Assembly (NCBI GenBank): GCA_030867685.1
Contig: JAQOWU010000007.1
Span: 434,001 to 498,000, forward strand
Origin: Wickerhamiella versatilis
Taxonomy: Eukaryota
DNA: 64,000 nt
Direction of reading: 5' to 3'
This document shows, in pieces, positions 20,910 through 31,379 of this stretch. The translations under genes and the position numbers were made by a program. The notes below the pieces were generated by a model. It did no database searches, was not told the origin of the DNA, and saw only the letters and a list, made by a program, of their open reading frames with translations. The number at the start of each line of letters is the position of its first letter. Position 1 is the stretch's first letter.

Positions 20910-22247
20910 TTAGGCGGCAGTCACCTCCTGAATTGCTTGGTTTAGTATTTCAAGTGAATCATACTGCTCAAGCTCTGACCTGATTTCAGCGCTACGCTTT
21001 TTGTATTTATCATGAGCCAAGACCTCGTCAATAGCTTTCTTAAGCTGCTCCGGGGTAGGCTCACCCGTTTCAAGGTCGATTCCCACCCCGGACCAAGCGG
21101 TGCGCTTTGCAACTTCGGGTTTCTCCTCTGAACCGCCTGCCATGACCATTGGTACGGCAAAATTCAGACTATGCTGAACACCACCATAGCCAGCATTTGT
21201 CACGAAGACATCGGCATGTTGTAATACCTGGTCGTAAGGAAAGTAGTCTAAAAGATGAGCATTCTCGGGCACTTTGTAGTCCTCGGGAAGCGATGCCCCG
21301 CGGCGGCCAAGGATGGCAACAACAAACGTTTCGGGTTCAGTCTTCAAGGCCTCCAAAGTGGGGATTATCAGGTGAGTGTAATCAACTGAATAAGTACCTT
21401 GCGTAACAAAAACTACTTTCTTCGCTGAAAGCATTTCCGGCCACCATTCAGGAGTATCAAAATCCTTTACATGGGAATGAGGCAGCGAACCTGCAAATCT
21501 AACTGGAGGGGGCATGTCAGACCGTGGGTACTCCAGGGATGGAGGACATAGTTGGAGACATACATCCGGACCAAAATAGCTCTCCTCCCAAACGAAGTGG
21601 GGCTCCTCCGTAACTCCCAATTGCTTCAGCAACTCCTTGTGAGTCTTGTTGATCCCTGCAAATACAGTTTCCTCCATCCCCTTGTTGATTGCTGCTTTCC
21701 GAGCACGACCCTCAGGACTTGTGTCCATTTCATGCTGAACACCATCCTGAATACCCTTTGCACGAGGTGTATCAACACTACGGGCAAGGATAGGAAAATT
21801 TCCGATGGTAATCAACCCATCTGGCTTAATACCTGGCGCACCTAGTGAGAGCGGGTGAATACCCATGAAGAGGACCTCGGAAACCACTACTATCTTTTTA
21901 CCTTGCGTAGACAAGGTTTTCAAGGCCTTCTGCAGCGCTTCATATTCCTCAACCAGTGTTCCAGTAAATAAATATTGGAGATCAAATATCAAACGAGGGG
22001 GGCCCGCAGGAACCTTGGGGCGAACGGGATAGAACTGATCTATTGTTTCGTCTGAGTAGTCCGCTTTACCCTCTAAAGGCACCAATGTAGCACCAATTGC
22101 CTCCACTTTATCCTTAAACGCTGTTCCCGTGACAACTGTTACATCATATCCTTTCTCTATGAGGCCCTTGCTCAGGGTGAGAACTGGAGAAACGTGGCCG
22201 GATATAGGACAGGCACAAGCTACAATCAGTGGCTTTTCGGTCGTCAT
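20910..22247 (-). CDS. ugtA1: GT1 UDP-glucosyltransferase, UGTA1-like (first glucosylation of hydroxy fatty acid)
   Basis: PISGHVSP, SEVLFMG, SPEGRARKAAIN, FVWEESY, ILGRRGA, SEEKPEVA match recalled UGTA1 features. Confidence 0.88.
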   Translation of the reverse strand: MTTEKPLIVACACPISGHVSPVLTLSKGLIEKGYDVTVVTGTAFKDKVEAIGATLVPLEGKADYSDETIDQFYPVRPKVPAGPPRLIFDLQYLFTGTLVEEYEALQKALKTLSTQGKKIVVVSEVLFMGIHPLSLGAPGIKPDGLITIGNFPILARSVDTPRAKGIQDGVQHEMDTSPEGRARKAAINKGMEETVFAGINKTHKELLKQLGVTEEPHFVWEESYFGPDVCLQLCPPSLEYPRSDMPPPVRFAGSLPHSHVKDFDTPEWWPEMLSAKKVVFVTQGTYSVDYTHLIIPTLEALKTEPETFVVAILGRRGASLPEDYKVPENAHLLDYFPYDQVLQHADVFVTNAGYGGVQHSLNFAVPMVMAGGSEEKPEVAKRTAWSGVGIDLETGEPTPEQLKKAIDEVLAHDKYKKRSAEIRSELEQYDSLEILNQAIQEVTAA

Positions 22248-23390
22248 GCGTATGGATCAATATGTCTAAGCTAGCAAATTACCTTATAGGTCGTCATTAT
22301 GTAGTCATGATAGTGATCGGCAGAGTGATTAACACACAAGGGGCGCATCTAAGTATCATGAAGTCGGCTGTAGAAATTTTTTATGCTGCGTGGTTTAAAA
22401 TAGAAAAAACACTGTCTACTGCATTTGGAATGGATTCTTCTTTTCCCTAAGAGGAGCATATAATTAAAGTTACTAATGTTGTGGCTGACCGATGTTATGC
22501 AGATCATTAACGTAGGGTGACGGGGTGCCCCGTTTAGAGTGTGCATCGGCCGGAACTGTGCCGGTAAGCATAATATTCCTATGTTTGAATCACAACATAG
22601 TTATTTCACGAGTAAAAGTTGTTCCATAGAAATCTTTTAGTTATTTTAACAACACATTGGAAACACCAGGCACCGAGAGCATGAAAATCACTGTCGTCTT
22701 CCGTCAGTAGTAATAGTTAAAATATCTGCCTCAGCAAAATTGAGGATATTTCACTTTAAGGATTACTCTATGAGAGACCCTAGTTAATCTTGAGCTTGTA
22801 GACAATAGAACTAGGGCCAAGACAGGTCACATGCTTTGAGAAAATCAGATAAGAGTATTTGAGACATCGGCCCGGGATCAGAGATTCACGTGTCTTTTAA
22901 TTCACTGTAGTAATATCTACGCATGAAGATCACCGTTTATACAGACTACCGAAAATCATAATAAAGCCGGCGTACAGAATACGATATACACACTTACATA
23001 CTTTCGCTGCTTTCCGCAAATGATATATTTGAGTTAGTAGAGCTAACTAACTCGTGAAGCAAGCCCCACTAGGGGAATAATTTAAAGCACTATGAAATGC
23101 AAGCTAGGGTCATGTGGGCTAGGGTATTCGCACATATCTGATTTTCACGAGCCCAGGGTGAGATTGCATGTGATTGCTCGGAAAAAGCAGGAAGAACGTT
23201 TATCACCGGTTTAGGAATATAGATCATCCGCTTTTCACCCAATAATATGTTGCCAACTTTATTTTTTTCCCGGTTCTCCAATGTCACCCGCGGTGCACAG
23301 GATATCATGATCTTCACTTACATATACTTAGGTAATCGATCCAAAGGCTTATAGTAACTTCAAAGCCTACCCGAGATATCATATCCGTTA
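22248..23390. promoter_or_regulatory. Divergent (bidirectional) promoter region between ugtA1 and the CYP52 gene
   Basis: Head-to-head genes; contains TCACGAG/CTCGTGA at 22606, 23051, 23145 and TCACGTG at 22886. Confidence 0.65.
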
Positions 23391-24968
23391 ATGTCGGTAG
23401 TGGTAACTCTAGGGTTTTTGTTCCTGGTGACAATTGGAAGTTATCTATTGTTGCATGAATGGGTGTGGCCTATTTGGTATAAGGCTAAGGCCCGTAAGGC
23501 TAAGGCCGGCATCCCAGCATTCAAGTATTCGCACCCATTGGCAATACCACTATTAAGACAGCTGTCCGAAGCTATCAAGGCTAATGAGACCATTAATTAT
23601 TTTTTGGATGAGACTCGTAAAATAGTGAAAAGGAACACCTTCATTCGTCAATTGCCGTTTGATTACCGTATTATCACTAGTGACCCCGACAACGTCAAAA
23701 CCGTTCTGGCCACTAAGTTTAAGGATTTTTCGCTTGGAGTTCGTAGTCCTGCACTTTCTCCTGTGTTTGGTCGCGGTATTTTTACTCTGGATGGCGAGGG
23801 CTGGAAACATTCGCGGGCAATGCTTCGTCCACAATTCGCCCGTGATCAGCTTCGTCGGTTGGATCAGATTTCGGACCACGTTGAGGTACTCATCAAAAAG
23901 ATTGTGCGTGACCAGGAACATAACGGCTTTGTTGATATTCAAAGAGACTTTCATAAACTCACTATGGATACTGCGACAGAGTTTCTCCTTGGCCATTCTG
24001 TAGAATCCCTCAAATCGGACAGTCTCCATCGCGGCATTGAAGTCACTGATACGGAGACTGGGGAAAGGATTTCGGCAGAAGAGTTTATTGAATCTTACAC
24101 CTTTTTGAACGCTTATGCATTCCGTCGTAGTGTCTTCAACAAATTGTACTGGACCCAGAATTCCAAGGAGTTTAAGTCCCATCGTACTCGTGCGGAAAAG
24201 TTCCTTGAGATTTTTGTGAATGAGGCGCTTGAAGCTACTTCTAGTGATTCGGAGAAAAAGACTGAAAACTCTTCGTACATTTTTGCCCATGAGATTGCTC
24301 GGGATACACGTGATCCAATTGAAATTCGCTCGCAGATATTTAATGTCCTTATAGCTGGCCGTGATACAACTGCGTCGACGATGTCATTTATGATTTACTA
24401 TCTGGCCTCACATCCCGATGTGCTCCAGAAAATGCGTGCGGAGATCCTCGAGAACTTTGGCACCGCAGAGGAAGGACGTCAAATCACGTTCGAAATGCTT
24501 CGCCGCTCCCGTTATCTCAACCATGTTATCAACGAAGTACTTCGGCTTGCTCCTATTGTGCCGTTTAACCTCCGTACTGCGGTGCGTGACACAATTCTTC
24601 CCCGTGGTACAGGTCCAAACGGAGACCAGCCTTTATTTGTGCCGAAAGGTATGGTAGTGGCTTATTCTCCATTTATCATGCATCGTGACGAAAAGCTATG
24701 GGGCAAAGATGCGTCGGAATTTGATCCCAGCCGTTGGGAAGGACGTGTGCCATCTAATCATTGGGCTTTCTTGCCTTTTAATGGTGGACCTCGTATTTGC
24801 TTGGGCCAGCAATTTGCTCTTTCTGAAATTGCGCTGACAATGGTTCGTCTCTTCCAGAGGTTCGAAACTCTTGAGAAAGGCCCAGACTTCAGTGAGAAAA
24901 CCCCTAAGTGGGCTAATACGCTCACCCTTCACAATGCAGATCCCGGTGTGGTCGTTCGTTTCAAATAA
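23391..24968 (+). CDS. CYP52M1: Cytochrome P450 CYP52, CYP52M1-like fatty acid omega/omega-1 hydroxylase
   Basis: GIFTLDGEGWKHSRAMLRPQF, AGRDTT, EVLR, FNGGPRICLGQQFA; LLHEWVWPIWY, ISAEEFIESY and PGVVVRF resemble recalled CYP52M1. Confidence 0.9.
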   Translation: MSVVVTLGFLFLVTIGSYLLLHEWVWPIWYKAKARKAKAGIPAFKYSHPLAIPLLRQLSEAIKANETINYFLDETRKIVKRNTFIRQLPFDYRIITSDPDNVKTVLATKFKDFSLGVRSPALSPVFGRGIFTLDGEGWKHSRAMLRPQFARDQLRRLDQISDHVEVLIKKIVRDQEHNGFVDIQRDFHKLTMDTATEFLLGHSVESLKSDSLHRGIEVTDTETGERISAEEFIESYTFLNAYAFRRSVFNKLYWTQNSKEFKSHRTRAEKFLEIFVNEALEATSSDSEKKTENSSYIFAHEIARDTRDPIEIRSQIFNVLIAGRDTTASTMSFMIYYLASHPDVLQKMRAEILENFGTAEEGRQITFEMLRRSRYLNHVINEVLRLAPIVPFNLRTAVRDTILPRGTGPNGDQPLFVPKGMVVAYSPFIMHRDEKLWGKDASEFDPSRWEGRVPSNHWAFLPFNGGPRICLGQQFALSEIALTMVRLFQRFETLEKGPDFSEKTPKWANTLTLHNADPGVVVRFK

Positions 24969-25169
24969 AACCCAACGCTTTCTTCGCATTTCATTGCTGT
25001 TTTTGGATATCTATATGCTAAATAAATAATTCTAGTATTATTAAATTTTACCTCCTCGAAAAATGGTTAGATAGCATGCTTACCCACTTACAATGGAGAA
25101 TCAGCTACTAAAAGTGACATTCCATGACAATTAATACATGAACTGCTAGTTGCTCTGCTAGCCAAGCGC

Positions 25170-25206
25170 ACATATACATATATATAGATATAGATATAGA
25201 TATATC
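25170..25206 (+). repeat. (TA)/(TAGATA) microsatellite
   Basis: acatatacatatatatagatatagatatagatatatc between the convergent CYP and MDR genes. Confidence 0.7.
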
Positions 25207-25252
25207 GTTTAAGCCTTAGTCGTTTCATTAGTCTGCGGCCTCTAGTATTCAA

Positions 25253-28200
25253 TCAAGACTCGAGACCTTGAAGATTTACAAGCTCCGCATAACGTCCGCG
25301 CAACGCTAGCAACTCTTGATGAGTTCCCTGCTCCGCAATTTTTCCCCCCTCAAACACGTAAATAACATCCGCTTTCTGAATCGTTGACAGCCTATGCGCA
25401 ATAGTAACTGTCGTACGCCCCTTAGCCGCCTCATCGAGTGCAGCCTGGACGATTCGCTCACTGTCACTATCCAACGCCGCTGTACTCTCATCCAGGATTA
25501 GGATACGGGGATCACTAATTAAGGCTCGTGCAATTGCAACTCGTTGTTTCTGACCACCAGAAAGCAGAGTTGATGATCCATAGCCGCTTATTGTATCATA
25601 GCCATTTGGTAGCGACATAATAAAGTCGTGAATGTTAGCTTTTCGCGCAGCAGCCTCAATCATCTCATCTGTCAAATCCGCCACATCTCCGGCCCAGCCC
25701 ATGATAATGTTTTCTTTGATGGTACCAGAATAAAGCATGGGCTCTTGTTGCACTAATGCCATATGACTTCTGAGAGACTTGAGATTGTATTCACGAATAT
25801 CTTTGCCATCAATAAGTACATTACCTCCTAGAACATCATAGAACCTTTCGATTAAGCCAACCGATGTCGACTTACCGCATCCACTTGGTCCTACTAAGGC
25901 AATATACTGTCCTGGTTTAGCTTTGAGATTCACACCTCTAAGCACAGGAACTTCTGGCCTCGTAGGGTATCGGAAATAAACCTTACGAAACTCAAGATCT
26001 CCTTCAATAGAGTCATCGACCATTATGCCGCCCTTTGACCAGCTATCAATCCAAGGTTGTGCAGTCAATATACGGTAAATATTCTGTGCTGCCTTGAAAG
26101 CCTTGGTCAAATCGGGTGAATACGAGAATATCTGACCAGCAGACTGGCCACCCAAAATGATACTGAGGAATGCAATGAGATTCGTCTTGACAGTAGCTTG
26201 ATGGTTATGCATGACCTTGCTTCCCCACCAGAAAACGAGAGCATCCACCCATTGAGTAAGCCCCTGCGATAACCCATACATAATAGCTGAGAGCATAAGC
26301 TCGGTACGAGATCGCTTTACCTGAGCATCTATTACAGATGAATACTGGCGAACAACACCTCGTTCACGTGTCAAAGACTGGACAGTTCGTATGGCACTGA
26401 CATAAGAACTAGCGAGACTTCCACTACCTTCGTAGACTTTGCGGGCGTGTTCGCCAAGCTTGGTAATAATCCAAACTCGTAGAAAACCGCAGGCGAGAAG
26501 GATTGGAGTTGTCGCCGTAGCAACTAGACCGATGCGCCAGTTCCAAGGTATACCAGTAGCAATACCAGAGACTAAAATAACAAGGGACTGTAATATTTGA
26601 CCCATTGTTGCACCACCCATACCCTCAATTGCCTTGGATTCCTTCGCTAGGACAGAAGTGAGAGCACCTGGTGTATTACCAGGGTAATCAAAGAAAGCAA
26701 TATCCAAGCGGAGGATCTGCTTGAAAAGTTCAAGCCGTATATTACGAACCAAACGATCTGATGCCAAACTGAGTACAAAAGTCATTACTGCACATGCTAT
26801 GAACATAATGCAGCCCAGGAAAAATAGCCATCCTGTCAAGACATTCACATTATGCCTCATCATACTGATGGATTTTGTAATGTCAGTCATAAGCCCCTGA
26901 ACAATGAAACCTGTGATCATGGCTAAAGAAGGGAACGAATATCCCATAATGAATGCCGCAAAAATACCTATGCAGATGTAAATACGTTCATTCCGGTTCA
27001 AACTCCATAGTAGGCCCATGTATTTCAAGAAATATCCATCTACTGGATCCTTAATTCCAGGAACATTTTCTGAACCAAGCTTCCCCTTTTCAGGACTAGA
27101 CGCAATGATAAACGACTCCCTATTACCTGCGTCAGCGGAAGCGATGGCATCTTCTTGTACAATAAGACCTTGTCCTTCATCCCCACTGTCACTTCCATCA
27201 TCATCCTCTTCTTCGCCATCATCGTTTCTGCGCTTTAGCTTGGTCACCTGCTGGGCAGCTACAAGCTGCGAATATGTGCCATTACGGCTCAAAAGTTCGC
27301 TATGCGTTCCTTGTTCCACTATTTGACCTGATGAAAGCACAACAATTTTATCTGCATTTTTAACCGTTGAGAGTCTGTGCGCAATTACTATGGTCGTACG
27401 GTTATGACTAGCACGGTCCAATGCTTCTTGCACAATGCCCTCGGACTTAGTATCTAGTGCAGATGTAGCCTCGTCAAGCAGCAATATGGGAGGATCCGAG
27501 ACAATGGCGCGTGCAATACAGATTCTCTGCTTCTGTCCTCCACTTAGAAGGAAGCCTCTATCACCGACATTGGTTTCGAATCCATCTGTCAAGGTTTGAA
27601 TAAAGTCGTACGCATTTGCATTTTTACAAGCAGCAATGACCTTCTCACGTTTGTCTTCCTCAGCTGCATTCTCCCATGGGGAACCAATCAAGCCATAGGC
27701 GACATTTTCGAATATAGTATCGGCAAATAGAGTCGGTTCCTGTTGCACATAGCCTATCTGTTGCCGTAACCACCTGAGGTTCAATTTATCAATACTAACG
27801 CCATCAATCAGGATCTCGCCCCGTATCGGAGTATAAAAACGTTCCAATAGGCCTACAATAGTCGACTTACCTCCTCCAGATGCACCCACCAAGGCTACCA
27901 TCTTTCCCGCTGGTATGTCCAGAGAAAAATCGGGCAGTATAAGGGCCTCGGGGCGTGATGGATACCGAAAACGTATATTTTTAAGGACGATGTGACCTTT
28001 CACCAGTTCAGGGGAGATTATTTCTCCATTATCATCCTGACTATCCACAACAGGTCTCCGATTAATTACGCGAGCTAGTGACTTGACAGCAGAAATACCC
28101 TTCACAATGAAACGTATACTGGGTGCAATATTACCGAGCTGAAATGAACCGATTAGCATTGCCAGGATTACGCCGAATATGCTACCAATGACGTTTGTAT

Positions 28201-29251
28201 TCGTGGAATCACTCTCTAGAGACCAACCAAGAATACGGGAACCTTCCCAAAATCCCAATGAGTAGGTAAACATCACCACGGCCCATATCACCGCCAGCAT
28301 ACCACTCAAAGCTATTCCTGCATGGTAACTATGGCCTGCGGCGACCACCAGTGCGCGATCAAACTTCTTTGTGAGTACTTCCTGGGAGTTGAAAGCCACT
28401 GTCGTCCGGATAGCACTAAACGCTTCCTCTGCAATAGTAGATCCCTGCTGGAATGCAGATTCACTGGCAGCTTGGAATTTACCCATGGTGCCTCCTCCTA
28501 TAGCCATAGCACAAAAATTCACGAATACCGCACTTAGAAGAATGAGCGCGATTTTCCACTGTAAAATAAGGGAAATCACTATCGCAGCAACAAAGGTGGA
28601 TAGACCCTGTACAACAGTTGCTGTATGGTGAAATGCCTCTTGAATTGAAGTGGTGTCATTTGTGATACTCGTAGTTATTTGGCCAGAACCGAGCCGGTCG
28701 AAAAATGCTATGTTCTGACTGATTACAGCAGAAAGGAAATTCTTTCGCCATCGGCCAGAGATCAATTCACCTCGGTCCTCTAGGAGGTATGATTCTATGG
28801 CTGACGAGCCAATAATACCAACACCAATGTACACAAAATATTTAGCGAGATGTCCAATATCACTCATAAAATTTGGCGGGTCTCCTTGAGTCTCCGTAGT
28901 GAACTTGTTGATGATGGCCTTAACCACAAACGTTAAACATGGTAGTGCGACACCGTGCACAATGGCGAAGAATATGCCAACGCAGAGAACAAACTTATCA
29001 AACGCATTAGTGGGCTTCACTATGGTGAAAAGGTTTGCACTAACTTCGTCATATTGGATTTGTCTTCTCAGAGGTTCAGCCTCCTCAGGGTCCAGTTCCC
29101 GAAGTTTTCTCTCAAGATCACTGATTTCTTCGCCATCACCCTTCTCGTCATCATCGTAATGTACATCCCGCTTCTGCTTCTCCGGATTTGAACCGTCCAA
29201 TCCCCTCTTCTCGTCCCTCATGCTACCAGCCGGAGAGGAGAAATCCGTCAT
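25253..29251 (-). CDS. mdr: ABCB/MDR full-length ABC exporter (sophorolipid transporter-like)
   Basis: TMD-NBD-TMD-NBD; GASGGGKST and GPSGCGKST Walker A, LSGGQKQR twice, DEATSALD/DESTAALD; first ATG at 29251. Confidence 0.92.
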   Translation of the reverse strand: MTDFSSPAGSMRDEKRGLDGSNPEKQKRDVHYDDDEKGDGEEISDLERKLRELDPEEAEPLRRQIQYDEVSANLFTIVKPTNAFDKFVLCVGIFFAIVHGVALPCLTFVVKAIINKFTTETQGDPPNFMSDIGHLAKYFVYIGVGIIGSSAIESYLLEDRGELISGRWRKNFLSAVISQNIAFFDRLGSGQITTSITNDTTSIQEAFHHTATVVQGLSTFVAAIVISLILQWKIALILLSAVFVNFCAMAIGGGTMGKFQAASESAFQQGSTIAEEAFSAIRTTVAFNSQEVLTKKFDRALVVAAGHSYHAGIALSGMLAVIWAVVMFTYSLGFWEGSRILGWSLESDSTNTNVIGSIFGVILAMLIGSFQLGNIAPSIRFIVKGISAVKSLARVINRRPVVDSQDDNGEIISPELVKGHIVLKNIRFRYPSRPEALILPDFSLDIPAGKMVALVGASGGGKSTIVGLLERFYTPIRGEILIDGVSIDKLNLRWLRQQIGYVQQEPTLFADTIFENVAYGLIGSPWENAAEEDKREKVIAACKNANAYDFIQTLTDGFETNVGDRGFLLSGGQKQRICIARAIVSDPPILLLDEATSALDTKSEGIVQEALDRASHNRTTIVIAHRLSTVKNADKIVVLSSGQIVEQGTHSELLSRNGTYSQLVAAQQVTKLKRRNDDGEEEDDDGSDSGDEGQGLIVQEDAIASADAGNRESFIIASSPEKGKLGSENVPGIKDPVDGYFLKYMGLLWSLNRNERIYICIGIFAAFIMGYSFPSLAMITGFIVQGLMTDITKSISMMRHNVNVLTGWLFFLGCIMFIACAVMTFVLSLASDRLVRNIRLELFKQILRLDIAFFDYPGNTPGALTSVLAKESKAIEGMGGATMGQILQSLVILVSGIATGIPWNWRIGLVATATTPILLACGFLRVWIITKLGEHARKVYEGSGSLASSYVSAIRTVQSLTRERGVVRQYSSVIDAQVKRSRTELMLSAIMYGLSQGLTQWVDALVFWWGSKVMHNHQATVKTNLIAFLSIILGGQSAGQIFSYSPDLTKAFKAAQNIYRILTAQPWIDSWSKGGIMVDDSIEGDLEFRKVYFRYPTRPEVPVLRGVNLKAKPGQYIALVGPSGCGKSTSVGLIERFYDVLGGNVLIDGKDIREYNLKSLRSHMALVQQEPMLYSGTIKENIIMGWAGDVADLTDEMIEAAARKANIHDFIMSLPNGYDTISGYGSSTLLSGGQKQRVAIARALISDPRILILDESTAALDSDSERIVQAALDEAAKGRTTVTIAHRLSTIQKADVIYVFEGGKIAEQGTHQELLALRGRYAELVNLQGLES

Positions 29252-29855
29252 ACACGACGACAATCTAGCGGTATCGCGGCAATGCTCTAGGTTATTAATA
29301 TGTTTTCTCAGACGGCGCAGATCACACGTGACGTGGGCATGTAATATCACAAGAAGTTCAAGTCTATTTCGTTGGTCTCTTATAGAAACTTACTTATCAA
29401 AATCAAAACCGTCCTCGACCGTGGAACAAGGTCGTGGTCGTTTGGCGATATTTCGTGGGTTAGGTGATGTGTAGCTTCCAATTAGGGTTAGGTTACTTCT
29501 TACTAGGCTGGTATTACGGATATTCGCCGACGATTAAACTAGGGTACAGGTGTAAGATTAGTTTTGTTAATCTCATCTTACCCTTTTGCTAATGGTCTCT
29601 TTATTTACATGAGCGACTTTTTTTCTCTCTTTTCTTTAGGTGAAGGTATTGATTTGTAGTAAACTGCCGGGGTCTGCTTATCTTGGGCCTTTTCCATATC
29701 TAAATGTCGTGCTCTAACGTCCGTAATATTTCGACCTATCTCCGGATTAATCTTCATCGTCTGTCCTATATTGACAATTATGTTTATGCACATGCCTTAT
29801 TGATGGTAACTTCTATCTCTTGAACAGTACTGCTGCGTAAGGTCTCTGCTCTGGA

Positions 29856-31379
29856 CTATATTGCCTCACGATTATCCTGCAGCCATTTGACATGTAAACT
29901 TAAAAATTCACAATACTGATCAACAGGCTCCGAGCTCCAGTCTTTGGGAACAAAATTTTGTTTCTCACCCCAGTCACAGGCGACATCTCGCATTGTTGTC
30001 CAGATTTTTAACTCGATGTCATCCTCACGACCCAATTTATCTTGTACGCTCGAAAGTGGCCCAAAGAAGCGTTTGAGTGGTTTACCATTACCGATTGTTC
30101 TCAAGTTAAGTTTCAATACCTGACAATGTATAGCCATATACTTTGGACGAAGATCTTCTTGACTTCCGTAATGTATTTGATGATCCTGTTCAAAATCAGG
30201 CTGAACCATTGCGAAGCCCTGTATGTCACCTTTTTTATAATAACCTAATTCTAGAGGCATTCCATGTGTCTGATACCATGCCTCATTCAGTACATGAGCA
30301 GCTGCGGCCCAAACTTCCTTGTCCCCTTCACCAGGAGCAGATTGCGTCAAAAGCGGCCACCAAATATTCGAATGCACATTGTAGTAGAGCGAGAGAGCCA
30401 GTGACCTGAAATGCTGTGATTTTTTAATAAACATCTGCCCACTCTCAGTGGCTCGACCTGTAATAGCATTATCGCGATCAACTTGTAACAATGTAATGCC
30501 GTTCTCGTTGAGTTCAGGGCCAAGTTGAATGTCCATAATATCGTAAAAGTAGGGTGATGTTGTCCTTGGCCAGAAATCAGAATTCAAAATAAAGCCATTC
30601 TGTTCATAGGTTGGCGTCGTAAAATATTGCTCGATGTCCACCAGAGGTAACGAATCTGGGTCAGTATAGTATATATTATCAAACTTTGACCCCAGCAATG
30701 CCAGTGCCTTGTTCACGTATGTTCCATCGCCCTTGAATTTCGGATACAAAGCACCATACATGACTTCTAAACAAATGCATTGGACGTTTATCGTTGGGAA
30801 AAGTATATCACAATAATAAGGTTCCCAGAGACCTATATCAGATATAAATATCTCTATTGGGATATTTGGGTTAATGCTCCGTATCCACCTAATGCATACC
30901 AATGCTGAGGGAAACAAATAGCCATCTGCTGTCATGACAACCCCATTGCCCTCTACCTGCCCCGATACCAGCTTGTCAGGCAGAATATTAAGTATGTGTC
31001 TGTGCACATTTCGAAGTGTTTCAACTTCTTGGCGATTAACTTTCAAGTATTTGCCGAGCTGCCGTGTAGTCGCTGGCTTCCTTCCACCATAGCCGAATTT
31101 TTTCATGTCAGGGCCAATCTTCCGCTTGTATTTCTGGAGTGCAGAGACTTCACAGGGTACATCGAGCATATGTGAGACCGCATGTGCTAAGTCGCCCAAA
31201 GTTGCTTCTCTTGGACCAGGTTTTATTTCTGGCAGTAAAGTCTGGTTATTTTCTTTCAGGAATACCTCTCTATCACTAGATAATCCCGAATCTTGGAGAC
31301 CGAAGCTGTAAAGCAATAGGAGAGCACAGGACAGAATTAAACAACTTGATATCCGTCTCGTCCTCCTTATTGCTGACAT
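29856..31379 (-). CDS. GT71 alpha-1,2-mannosyltransferase (MNN2/MNN5 family)
   Basis: Type II TM, KALALLGSKFDNIYYTDPD, DFWPRTTSPYFYDI, TESGQM, GEGDKE. Confidence 0.88.
   Translation of the reverse strand: MSAIRRTRRISSCLILSCALLLLYSFGLQDSGLSSDREVFLKENNQTLLPEIKPGPREATLGDLAHAVSHMLDVPCEVSALQKYKRKIGPDMKKFGYGGRKPATTRQLGKYLKVNRQEVETLRNVHRHILNILPDKLVSGQVEGNGVVMTADGYLFPSALVCIRWIRSINPNIPIEIFISDIGLWEPYYCDILFPTINVQCICLEVMYGALYPKFKGDGTYVNKALALLGSKFDNIYYTDPDSLPLVDIEQYFTTPTYEQNGFILNSDFWPRTTSPYFYDIMDIQLGPELNENGITLLQVDRDNAITGRATESGQMFIKKSQHFRSLALSLYYNVHSNIWWPLLTQSAPGEGDKEVWAAAAHVLNEAWYQTHGMPLELGYYKKGDIQGFAMVQPDFEQDHQIHYGSQEDLRPKYMAIHCQVLKLNLRTIGNGKPLKRFFGPLSSVQDKLGREDDIELKIWTTMRDVACDWGEKQNFVPKDWSSEPVDQYCEFLSLHVKWLQDNREAI

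Noticed and set aside
23553-24290. 245-aa antisense ORF inside the CYP52 gene
   Set aside because: Shadow ORF with no recognisable domain, fully overlapping a clear gene
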